From Paraglomus brasilianum (taxonomy: Eukaryota): DNA of 41,959 bases. A model generated the notes under the pieces. The model made no database searches and had not been told where the DNA came from. It saw only the letters and a list, made by a program, of their open reading frames with translations. Shown here piece after piece: positions 12,406-24,149 of the stretch. Made by a program: the position numbers and the translations under genes. The stretch spans positions 1 to 41,959 of the forward strand of contig CAJVPI010000216.1 in the NCBI GenBank assembly GCA_910592345.1. Reading direction: 5' to 3'. Within the stretch, counting starts at the first letter, position 1. Each line of letters begins with the position of its first letter.

Positions 12406-14577
12406 TTAATTTTTTTAAAAGTATTAAGTTTATTGTTCTGTTTACAACTTCGGCTTATGTTTTCCTTTCTGCCTTGTTTTCAGCTTATTTATTCTCTTCC
12501 CAAAGAAGGACTATCTTGGCTGTTTGATGCTTTCTATATCCAGTCAACAAAAAAGTCTGGCACTATTCGCCACTCAATCAGCTACTCGCTCGAGGGTAAT
12601 TACAGTATGGAGTGGGGTTCAATTAACTTTATGATGCAAAATAGTATATTGTCGGTTGATTCTCCAACACAGATTCTTTAAATGGGGTATGCCATGAACG
12701 GATTCGGGGGTCGGAGAAGGAGACAGCAGTGTCACAACTTTGTGCATGAGAAATTATAAATAGTAAATATTATGTAATATATTCAATAGGCGATGGATGC
12801 TCCTATGCTTTCTTGTTTAATCCTTGCTTTTGTTGCTTTTGTCTTTTTCATGACATGACAAACAACTGCATCACCGATCACGTTCGCTATTATGCATTAT
12901 TATTATGAGAGTAGGTACTTCCAAAGATGTGCTTATACAGCCGTACCACATCAATTGTCGTCTTACCACGTGATTACGCGTGAGGCGGAAATATAAGCAA
13001 GTCGGCTAAGACCATTATGAGAAGAAAATGGTAATATCTGACAATGGAGCAAACAGACACACATGTCTCTATATTGCTAGTGATTGTTTAAAATTGTTAA
13101 AACCAAAACTACTAGCGATATAAAGTAAATCCTATCGACTAGATGATGCTATAGAATTATTAGGTGTCGTATTAGTATTGACTCTCGTTCTACTCCAGCT
13201 GTTTCAGTATGAATTGACAGGAATCTGAGTAGCTGACCTCGGTTCTCGCGTTATTGTCATGGAGAACAAGGGGTGTCTTTCTTGTGGTTAGGCGTTTCAA
13301 TTGGTGAAAATGGCGTTGTATCACGGAATAACGCGGTGATAAATTGGATTACTTACCCATAAAAAACTTTTTATGCATTCGCACTCAGAGAGGAAACGTT
13401 AAAAGACAGTATACAGTGGAATCTATCTATAATCACACTGCTTGGCAACATAGTAAGTTTTGACTACAGACAGAGTTTTCATATGGTGTGGCTGTCGTCG
13501 CTTTATACTGATTTTGTTTTATTATCGAAAATAACGTTAGCAGCGTTATTATTATGAAGACGAGACTAAGGCGGACCTTTGGACTGTGGTGCTGAGGATT
13601 GGAGGTATGCGACAGGAATAACCGAAGAGTAGTGTTTGAATTGTTGCCAGTATGTGCTGGTAAACGTGACTCTTTGAGTAGCCAGACGTCTTGAACCACT
13701 CCTAATATCCGTCAACTACGGGAATTTTAGGTTCCAAACTGTGATAGTTCTATCACACGCCCGAATGTCAAGTATTCAAGGAAGGTTGACAATCAAGAAT
13801 CTCTCGAATTTTACCGCAGGTTAGTTTACTTAAGTTTTATCGGACGTTAATATATATATGTGATGATAGTGTGTGCAGGCGATTAGGCTTGTGTTTTTTT
13901 TACTCATTAGCTCAGCACCCAATAATATTGCTTGCATGTATATATATAAAATACTGAGGTGTGCATGCTGCACTCCGTTATGCAGTTTGCAGTATGTAGT
14001 CACTCTCCTAACATTCATGTTATTGCTCTGTTGAGCGGGTGAATTAAAGACAAGTAATTATGTAGCTATCACACAAAGTTTCATCGACGTGATGGGCCAC
14101 ACAACGATGCGATGTTAACTTTGCACATGCACTGATATTAATATTACGTTATTTAATGATGAGATTTTGCTCCAAAACTATATTCTGAAAATAACAATAC
14201 TATTTTCAGTTTGATAGCACCTTTGATGGTCTTTACGATATGGGGCTATTATCGCAGATAAAGAACAACCGCTTAGCTCAGAACAGATGTAGCGTTAATG
14301 GTGTTTAGTGAAAGAGAGATATGATTATCTCTGTGGTGCATGCAAGAAAAATACATGTCGCTTAATGAGGCGTATTTACAATAGTTGGATAAAATTATCG
14401 AACGATTTATCGTTCGTGGTGGTTATCTCACTTAACATGTCATCGAAGAGGTAACTCAACTTTGTCATCGCTACCAATTAGCTTCAAGCCACATCAAATA
14501 TAAAGATAAGTAAATTAGTGGTTTACTTTATTTGATACCAGCTACCAATTTTACTTAAAAAAATTTTTCAGTTTATA

Positions 14578-16064
14578 TCAAACTTTCAGAACAGAAAACA
14601 CCTCCCAATCAACCCATTCAAAATCATTCACCGAAAGCCTTAGTGGAACATTATAGACATCCTTTTCAGCAGAAGGTAAATGTTGGTAATTACCAAAAAA
14701 TAAATCAACACTCCCAAAACAAGGAAAACACTCTTCATCATCATGAATTGCATATTTACTATCAACAACAAAACTTACTATATTGTTCTCCAAATTATCT
14801 TTATCTAATGCAAATACAAAACTTTCTTCAGTACTGACATAACCATTTTGGGAATTCCATGCTGTTGGATTATATCCACCAAGTATTTCACCAGTACCTG
14901 ATACCTTCCCAACAGCAATTGTGGGTCCTTTATTATTACACAGTTTTCTAAAATTAGCCACTGAATTACCATCCCTACTTTGTCTATAAAGTAGAGTAAA
15001 TTTATAAAGACGATTTTGCTCCTTTGATATCCTTTGAAGTTGCTTTGTTGATTCCACAATCTTTGATGAGATCCATTTCATTTGATATTCATTAATAATG
15101 AATGAATCAATACATCTTAATCTGTTTACTGGTGGTAACATGTTTAGTTTGTAGCTCCCTTCAGCATGATCATTCAGTATATGACAGCGTAACTTTCTTG
15201 GTAATAAATCATCATACAGGGCAAATGTCTTAAGGGAAATGTTAAGAAATCTTATATGAGGTATGCAATCGGCTATGATATCCTTTATTCTGTTAATGTC
15301 TTCAGATGTCCACCTATCTGGATCATTTCCGAGTTCAGGTGATTGTTTCATGGCCCAACGTACAACTGCCAACCAAATATTATCTTCATCAGTATCAAGA
15401 TTATCATTCTTGAGAAGAGTAATCAAAGTCTCCTTTGGTAAATTTGCAATGTCATTTGAGTTGAAGATAATATCTGGATGTAAAACCATAGCTTGATTGC
15501 AGTAGTCCAGTAGTTTTGAGAGACCCGTGGATAAAGCATACTTATGAACTGTAACGATGTTTTGCTGAATCCATTCTGTTTGTGCACTGATCATATAATT
15601 TTCAATTGCAATGAGAAGATCATACAGCTCAAACTTGTTAGCTCCATTCAAAAGGCCAATCCAGCTAATATTCTTGCATGAATCATAAGACATTCGCCCA
15701 GTGTAGATATATCTGTATAATCATGTTTTCAGTAAATATTGACAATGTGCTTCAACTGATAATACATTTGTTACCTAAGCAAAACCTCAAAAATGTCGGG
15801 TGTGATATCTTCGAACGTTATAGCAGTTTCTGTATTTTCCGTTAGGTTATTCTCGAGAAATGTGCTCCTTGCACATAATACCAAAGTATGAGCAAGAAAT
15901 GTTTTGCTATTTGGCTCCTTTCCAACATGAATTGAAATGTCTGTATATTTGCCACTTTCATAAAGTTTCTCATAGTCAGACGAAAGACTTGAGGGCAAAT
16001 CAACGATGTTATTCATTTCGTCGAAGTCTAAAGACATGTTTCTGGCGGTTATCAGCATAGGCAT
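14578..16064 (-). CDS. BTB/POZ-BACK-TLDc domain protein; two exons (15775-16064 or a downstream ATG; 14578-15712)
   Basis: BTB: LSSDYEKLYESGKYTDISIHVG...AHTLVLCARSTF...FEVLLR|YIYTG. BACK: LLKNDNL...EDNIWLAVVRWA...IPHIRF. TLDc: FTLLYRQSRDG...CNNKGPTI...ILGGYNP...FPCFG...EVF. GT-AG intron at 15713-15774. Start codon uncertain. Confidence 0.9.
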
Positions 16065-16274
16065 ACAGGTATATTAATCTCCAACTGGCTGTGGGAATAC
16101 ACAGACTGTCACCAATAATGTTAACGTAATGTTTGTTGCTCATGACGTACGTGTGAGAACCTGGGAATTGTTATGTTGTCAATCGCTCCATCTAGCCGTC
16201 TGATGGCGTCTCCCTTCAATGGCTCGATATACCGCATTTGTGCAAATCACCTTTTAAGGATACAAAGTGATATA

Positions 16275-16299
16275 CACAGTGACACTCGATAAGTCGGAC
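16275..16299 (+). repeat. Isolated copy of the pogo-family TIR
   Basis: TA|CACAGTGACACTCGATAAGTCGGAC compared with TA|CATAGTCACTCTCGATAAGTCGGAC at 16914. Confidence 0.65.
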
Positions 16300-16913
16300 A
16301 ACATATACAATAAGTCTTTATTATACAATCTATTAAAAAGAGATAACGAACACTTGAATCAATCTTAAAATTTTAATCCAAGAGTAAAGACGTAGATAAA
16401 ACAAATTACATTGATGCATCGTTTAATGATAGGACGTAATACGGGGCAGACTGCAACAAAACCAGACAAAGTGAACATTTGAATACATGAGTTAAAAATG
16501 GCTGATGTAGCTGAAAAATTAACTAACATTAACATTTTGGGAAGGCTTTTGTTTAGTGGCACTGCTTTGGCTCATGCACAACCTATGAGCTAATACGGTA
16601 AATCAAGCTAGAAAACGACTCCTACCAGTACAACCCAAGTCACCTCGATTTCCAACTGCATGGCAACAATTCACCAGAATCGAAACAAGAAGGTGGAAAG
16701 ATACCGCTTGCATCATTGAAATAAGCCATGGTATTTTAAGCAATTCAAGCACTACAAGACACATTCCCAATGCGCCCGTTATATATGCTATTGCCCTTTG
16801 CTTATCCGTGTCTTCAAAAAGAAGATATTTCATTGCATTTTTAATCTAATCATAAACTTTTTGCTTGAAGCTTAGCATGTTTCATATAGGGCTGTCTTTG
16901 TGTAAAAATATTA

Positions 16914-19057
16914 CATAGTCACTCTCGATAAGTCGGACTCATCGGGGCGGAGATTTTATCCGACTTATCGAATTTCATATTGAAAAATGTACTTTTATTT
17001 AAATATAAGCAATAGGCGAATATTAATATATGCGAATTCATTTTTTACAAAAAACATCCAACGTGAGCTGCTTTAGAGAAGCATTTTGCTTCCTTCCAAT
17101 TGACGCTGTAGGTCTTTCATTCCTGAGATTACTGATACATTTACTTTTACGTCAGAATTTTGTTGTAAATAGTTGAATATATTTTGAATGCTATATTTGA
17201 TATTGTTATGGATTCTTCTTCCCCTTCCTCTTCCCCGTCTTCTTCTCTGGTGCTTCCTGCACTGCAGCAATTATATCACCTTCATCAATCATATCAGCTA
17301 CTTCTATCCTAGTATCAATGTTAATGTAATCGCTCGCTACAATATCGTCAACGTTCATTTGATGCATGAGTGATTGGATTTCATTTTCTTCGATTTCTAA
17401 TTCATTTTCTAATTCACTTTCTCCTTCATGCGTTTCCTCGTCAGGCAAAATTCCCGTCCTTTTCCAACAACGATGCGATGGACTGTATCATCAGTAATGC
17501 TTACATGTAACGCGACTGGAACTCACAAACTACTCCCGCTATTTATTTATAAATATAAAAATCTACGTTTTATTCACCATATTGATAAACAAACACTTCC
17601 TGTGTGCAATGTTACTGGAACAATGCATTATGGATGCAACGCTCTATTTTTAAAGCATGGATCAAACAATTTAACAGAGAAATGTGGAAAAGACGAAGAA
17701 CATCTTATTATTAGTAGACAATGCTTCATCACATCAATTGGCTGAAAGTGAAATAGAAGAATTAAGTAACATTAAGTTGCATTTTCTTCCACCAAACACA
17801 ACTTCTTACCTTCAGCCGATTGATCAGGGCATTCAAAGTAATTATACACGTACATTACTTTCTCATGTTTTAGTAAAAAAAACTTACATTTATTTCTTTA
17901 TATTATAGGCTCACTATAGAAAATTATTATGCGAAGATAGGATTCGAGCATTTGACAAACACCAAGAATTCGATATGGAAATTCCCAAACTAAATATTTT
18001 GAACGCAATCAGCTGGGACTGCACAAGCGTGGTAGTGGTTCTGTCTTTTGGTTTTTTTAGTCCACTAATAGGTCCGCAGTAGAGACCAGTCTCGTCTGCA
18101 TTATACACGTCTTCTAAATCATACTGCGAAATTTCAGATTGGAGCTCAGTTCTGAATTCATTAATCAGCGCACTCGCTGCTCTATCAATTTATAATATTT
18201 TTTAATATTGTTTCGTTCTTTGAAGTTTGCCAGTTTGAAACAGATAGACAAGTTTAATGGCAATTATGTATAATTAGCCAAATTGATTTACCCATTAATT
18301 TAACAATGATACGAAAGAAAATTAAAACTTTTTTGCGAGGATTTGAAATCAGGAATTGTGGCCATTCGCAACCACGATTGCATTTTTTATTGGCATCTGT
18401 TGAACTTTCGGTAACTGCAAGCCACTTCTCTTTTTCTCTAATAATATCTCCCACCGTTGATTTGCCAATACCGAGTTTTTTACCAACCTCCTCATACGAT
18501 TTAGTTGGATTGTTTGCTTTATATTTACATAATTCTTTTTTTATTTCCAAGTCTAGACGTTCTTTCCATGTTCATTTTACAAATGTAAATAGGATTCCAA
18601 TATATATATATATATATATATTCAGAAGGTTCGGCAGTCAACGTTTTATAAGTTATATATTTATTCCATGCAAGCGCGCTGCTCTTCTGAATTATTAATG
18701 ATGTGATACCTACGTTATTCATAGCATATTATGCGTTGTTTATGATAACCACGAGAATTTTTTTCTAAAAAAGCAAATGAGGTAATAATTGCGTATGCAA
18801 CGTACAATATCACGATAAAATTATTCTTAGCTAAATCATTGGATAATTAATTGTATTGTATTCACAAAAACGGCAAAGATTATTGCAAACAATCACGTGG
18901 TCCAACTTATCGAGAGTCATTTGTTATAACCCGATTGAAAGGTTGCCCGATTCGGGTTTACCGCGATTTTATATGTGTCCGACTTATCGAATTTTTTTAA
19001 AAAAAGGCGAAAAAAATTTTGTCCGAGTTAATATTAAGTTTATCGAGAGTGACTACG
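16914..19057 (-). mobile_element. Decayed pogo/Tigger-family (Tc1-mariner superfamily) transposon with TIRs and TA target-site duplication
   Basis: TIRs CATAGTCACTCTCGATAA and TTATCGAGAGTGACTACG, each flanked by TA. Transposase remnants: HTH (KKLGIGKSTVGDIIREKEKW), YNADETGLY, LLLVDNASSH, FLPPNTTSYLQPIDQGI, CWKRTGILP. The empty site is visible in the other arm near 23745. Confidence 0.92.
18600..18621. repeat. (TA)n microsatellite inside the pogo element
   Basis: Read directly. Confidence 0.85.
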
Positions 19058-19504
19058 TAATATGAAACTAATTTACATTAAATTCACCATGGAACCCAAG
19101 AATTACAGCACCATTAGAAGCATTTTAAAGAAAGCTCAAGGAGAAAAAATTGCTCCCTACGTTTTTAAAATTAATGATACCCAAACTCTCCAGGTAAAGA
19201 AAAAATCACTTATAAAATTTACCAAGAAGAAAGGAAAATCATAACTAATAAACGATCATTAATGCCAAGTTATAATGAACCAAGAAAGAAACGAAAACTT
19301 GAAAAAAATAAACATTGCCACCAGGCTCCACTAAAAGATCATTGTCGATTTGTTGTTGGTAAAAGTATAACATTTTAGTTTATTTACCACCATCTATTGT
19401 TTGTTTATTTATCCATACAATATAGTACGTAGTAACAGGGAGGACAAAAGAAGTTAACAAATAAAATCTATTTCTTTAATTTAATGTTTTGGTTACATCT
19501 CGAA

Positions 19505-21135
19505 TTATCCTAATGGCTCCAATAGATAGGATAATATGTGCTTATTTCAGTATGCTTCTGTTAGCTTGGTTAAAATACCAACCACCACTAATAATCCAAA
19601 TCTTTTTAAAAAGTTTATTTACTTGTTGAGTTTTGGATAATAAGGCTTTCTTTTTTTTCGTCAATATCAGCATTCTCTATTTTAATACTTAATCTTTGTA
19701 GTGGTGTTTTTATGGAAGAAGTAATAATACCATCTAAATAAAATCCAGTACCAACAACCAAACATACTATTGTTATAGTAATTAATTTTTTGAGTAACAT
19801 TTTATTCACTAATGCGGGGGTTAATTCACTTATAAATTGCTTCTTTAACTAAATAAAAACCAACTACATAAGCTCCGGTGGAAGCATACATGTTTAATCG
19901 CCATTTTTTGAAGAAAATACTATTTCTTTGACTTTCGTTGTTCTTTCTTCTAAATTTGTGATTTGCTGTTCTTGATTATCTATTCTTTTGCTATTATCTC
20001 CACTTTTTCAGTGGTTTGGTCTACTTGAGTTTTAACAGCAGAAATTTCTTCTTTAGTTTCTTTTATTTCTTTTTCATGCTGGTCTACTTGAGTTTTAGCA
20101 GTAGAAATTTGTTGCTCATTTTCACTTAACCTTCCTTCTACAGAATTTTTTGTTTTTTCTGTTTTTTCTTCTTAGCAGAAAGTTTTTTGAATTGGTTTAT
20201 GAGGCATTTTCTACATACTCGCTGATTTTTAGGTGTAGAAAAAATTTCACTAAAAGCTCTCACTTGTGATTGTCAGGATCAAGACATATTCCTCCGCTTA
20301 AGTGGTACGAAAATCTCCGATGCCGCAGTATCGAAATCCAAGTGGTACGGTTGTCAAACGGAGGCGCACAAACATGATATATCCAAAATTCTTGATATAT
20401 CCATATTTCTTAACAACCACAAGATGTCCGCTTATATCCATATTTCCAACCTTCCAGTTTTCTTGACAGCTGTAGAACGTAAATTAGTTATAAATACGAG
20501 CCGTAGCTTATAGTTAAAAATCATCTTCAGTTCGGATCAAATCTTCAGATCATTCAGCAAGACGTTGCTATTAGATAGTTCCTTATAATCTAATAAATAT
20601 CCGATCAAATATAAACTTTATTATTTCGATCATTCCCTGATAAAAGATACTTAATATCGTTGGTGAAGTGTTAAATCGCTTTTCCCGCCGACGGTAAATA
20701 GGATTAATTAATTCTATTTAGTACTTTTCAAGGATTATTGTTTAATTAAATTGTTAACACCTATAAATAGTACAATTCCCCATTCCGATAGACTTTGAAT
20801 TTAATCCCATCAAAGGAATCGCTGAGAATCTCGAGATTAAACAATAACATAGGAAAGGCGTATACAAGACCGATCGTATACGAATCGTGAGTATTAAAAA
20901 GGTCACCAATTGTACGATATTTAGTTTAAAGTAGGAAGAGCGAAAGCTTCCGTTGGAAACGAACTAAATCCCAAAACGGCTAGTACACCGCTGTTCTCCC
21001 AGTTGTAAGCTAGTCCGACATGATACACTTAATTCGGCAAACCTTTCTCTCGTAATTATTTTTGCGGCATACTATCTCCAAGAAACGCATTGCTTTTTCG
21101 TATTCAATGGATCCATTATAATTATAATTTTTCAT
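19505..21135 (-). pseudogene. Decayed, intronless AT-rich coding segment with tightly packed ORF remnants (coiled-coil and TM), possibly endobacterial (genetic code 4); split by a solo LTR
   Basis: Stop and next start are 1 nt apart (TAA 19802-19804, ATG 19798-19800). In-frame TGA at 19826-19828 and 19547-19549 read plausibly as Trp. 63-bp internal repeat. Several frameshifts. Origin is inferred. Confidence 0.45.
20271..21020 (+). mobile_element. Solo LTR (750 bp) with 4-bp target-site duplication
   Basis: TGAT|TGTCAGGA...TCCGACA|TGAT. TG...CA ends with a short imperfect inverted repeat, TATAAATA at 20489 and AATAAA at 20592. Removing it rejoins a reading frame on the minus strand. Confidence 0.75.
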
Positions 21136-21169
21136 ACACGGGTAATCCTATATATAAATTTTAATATTT

Positions 21170-21188
21170 TGTGTGTGTGTGTGTGTGT
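21170..21188. repeat. (TG)n microsatellite
   Basis: Read directly. Confidence 0.85.
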
Positions 21189-21307
21189 AGCAATCTGCAA
21201 AATTTATTCTGATATGTGTATGTGTAGCAAAGAATACTATTTACATATATTGTAACAATAAAGACAACTGTATACAGGGTGCTATATTAAGTCAAACAAA
21301 GCGATTT

Positions 21308-23110
21308 TCATCGTCTTTTCCTGTTGTCAGCTCTTGGAACGTCATTATATAACTGATTAACCATAAATAAATCATGTTCCTTTTCAATGCACATGCCAAC
21401 TTTAACATTAGGAGGCCACTTAAGATCCATATTCATAAACGACGGATAATGCGCGTCACCTTGTATGCCCGCCCAATTGAAGTCGACAAGCTTCACTTGG
21501 ACTTTATCGCTCTCCTGTCCAAATGCAACCATAATATTGGGACCACGAAGGTCACCATGGACATAACCGGCCTCATGAAGCTTATTTACTGCAGTAAAAA
21601 CGTACTTGCGTGTCTTTTCACGCTTGCCTCCATGTACCTCATTCAGTGGTCGAAACTCTGAGCCTAACAAACTCATTACTATCATTTTCCAGTTGCCAGC
21701 AATTACATTCACAGCCAGCAGTTTAGGCGCAATGCCCATGTCACTACATTTTTGGTGCGTATGTTCAGAATAAGTTTGCACAAACTTCACTAATACCTCA
21801 TTTCATTGTCTACTGTTACAGAGTCGATATACGGAAATTGAAGTTGGTGATATCGTCTGCGGGTTTTATCTAATTTCTGATAGTCATGGTAGTAGGATTT
21901 CAACTCCGCGATGCCATTTTTTAGTGCATGAACAGCACAAGCAACTGCTTCCATATTCTTCTGCTCATGAGGGAGAAAATACAAGGGTAGTACTACAATC
22001 TTGTCAATGTAGACAGTGCCTGCAATCCCGAGGTGGGGCCCGACCAAGTACAGTAAAAACGCCAGACACCGGGTCTGGGTCAGTGCTGACAATTCTTTTT
22101 GATAATAGCTTTTGATAAATTCCGCATAATATGCTGTGCTTTGTATGTAAGCACAGCCAGATAATCCAGACCCTAACTCAGTCTTGACTTCTACATTCAG
22201 CAGGAGCACACCTGCTGCTGTGATGCTGCTGCCATCCATGCCTGCCTTATTCACTTCCAACTGTTCGATATTCGTTCCTAGATAGTTCCTCAGTAGTTCC
22301 CAGAAAGTCTGTGCTCAATCAGCCTCTTTTACAAAAGCCTCTGACATTTCATAAGCCAACTTTAAAATGAATGTGCAATTGTCACTGTCGATTAGCTTAT
22401 CCAATGAGTAATGTGAAAATTTTGCAAAGACTGGGTGACATAGCATCATAGGAAGGCTGCATGCCACAGACAGTCAGTGGTTGAGAACAACCAGTTGTCA
22501 TTGTATATCCTTCCACATGTCAGGCTGCATGAAAGACAATAGGGCTGGCAACATTTCAAATGCTCTAGTTGGCAAAGAGAGAACTACCATTGGAGTGATT
22601 CCTTGATCAATCAAGGTATTATCTATTATTCATTAATAGCATCCACCTATAATAAACTTTCTCCCAATAAGACTATATTAGTCAGCCTCATATTTCCCTA
22701 ATATAAATAGTTTGCATTCTGTCTCAATAATTGGATAAAACATCCGTCTACTCTATCCTAAGTACACACTACTCTATCCCAATGCCCAAGTCACAAAATC
22801 ATTACCTGATTGAGATTTACTTATCATCTCACAGAGCAATGCTCTCCACTCTATCACTTCAATATTGCACTTGCTATGCCACCATCTCCAGATGCTTCTC
22901 TTTCTTTGCAAGCTTTTTCTTCTCCTCCTTCCACTCAGCTTGCTGTGCCTCCATCCCTTCTTTGTTACTCCACAACTTATCCTCCAAGTCTGCCAAATGC
23001 TTCCCATATTTCCCCTTAAACGTCATCACCTTGTTCTCTGCCTTCCTGTGCTGCTCCTTCGCCTCCTCCAACTGTTTTTGTACTTCTTCAATGCTTGCCA
23101 TTTTATTCAT
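21308..23110 (-). pseudogene. Crinkler-like coiled-coil / restriction-endonuclease-fold / kinase pseudogene
   Basis: N-terminal coiled coil (MASIEEVQKQLEEAKE...), LCHPVFAKF, a REase-like DG...VEVKTELGSG...QSTAYY, and a kinase with APKLL, HEAGYVHGDLRGPNIMV and LVDFNWAG. Disrupted by in-frame stops and a frameshift or deletion at about 21790. Confidence 0.75.
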
Positions 23111-23993
23111 TTATTTTGATGAAAGGTGTTGCTGCTGCTGGTTACTTCTTGATGTGATCCAAGAGCATCAGTACTTTTTTGCACTCATGTGACATTTCCA
23201 GTAACTTTATTAATTTTAATTTTGATTGATTGGATTGTGAACTTGTTTTAAGTGAAAATGTGGGTTGTTTTTATAACCAATTTCCAGTTGTCAAATGCCA
23301 ATCAGAATTATAAATGTTCATCGTCTCTGAATTTTCATACTTACTCATTATTCCTGGTTTGCTGGTCATGAATTGTGTAAGAAGTGTAGTATTGGGACAC
23401 AACGAACCAAAATCATCATATTTATTGTCATTCTACCTCAAGCAGGGTATATGGAAATTTGTCCCAATTATTGATGGTAATCCATCGATAAGAAAGAGCA
23501 GCTAATTGCTTATGCTTCTGGTTTCACTTTTTTCTTGGTCCATCATAAGTTAAGGTCAATGTTTGTTTATTGATTTTTATTTTTCATTCTTCTTGGTAAA
23601 TTTCATAAGTGATTTTTTTCTATCTAGATAGTCCCAGAGAGTTTGGGTATCATTAATTTTAAAAACGTAGAGAGCAATTTTTTCTCTTTAAAATGATGCT
23701 GTAATTCTTGGGTTCATGGTGGATTTAATGTAAATTAGTTTCATATTAATATTTTTATACAGAGATAGCCCTATATGGAACATGCTATAACTTCAAGCAA
23801 AAAGTTTATGATTAGATTTAAAAATGCAATGAAAATTAGCTCATAGGTTGTGCATGAGCCAAAGCTGTGCCACTAAGCCAAAGCCTTCCCAAAATGTTAG
23901 TTAATTTTTCAACTATATCAGCCATTTTTAACTCATGTATTCAAATGTTCACTTTGTCTGGTTTTGTTGCACTGCCCCATATATGATATTATA

Positions 23994-24147
23994 CAGTGGT
24001 ACTCAAAAGTTTATGAGCACTTTCTTATTATTTAAAATTCTCGGTTTTTTATTATGACAGTGCATTGATGCCTTTTATAATAATAAAAATTGTTTCTATA
24101 CCCCATTGAAATTAATTAATTTTTGTCGAACCACCATCTGCATTAAT
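23994..24147 (+). mobile_element. Possible Tc1-like TIR end fragment; partner end not found
   Basis: TA|CAGTGGTACTCAAAAGTTTATGAGCAC resembles the CAGTG...AAAAGT start of Tc1-type TIRs. Confidence 0.4.
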
Positions 24148-24149
24148 TA

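Larger units (their letters stand above)
16442..23979. mobile_element. Putative composite DNA element with long (~460 bp) inverted arms flanked by TA; left arm interrupted by two insertions
   Basis: The reverse complement of about 23522-23979 aligns in order to 16442-16593 + 16828-16913 + 19060-~19297. Termini are TA|CGGGGCAG... and ...CTGCCCCA|TA. Confidence 0.65.

Noticed and set aside
13433..13699. 88-aa ORF with a hydrophobic stretch
   Set aside because: Non-ATG start, no family motif and no supporting splice structure.
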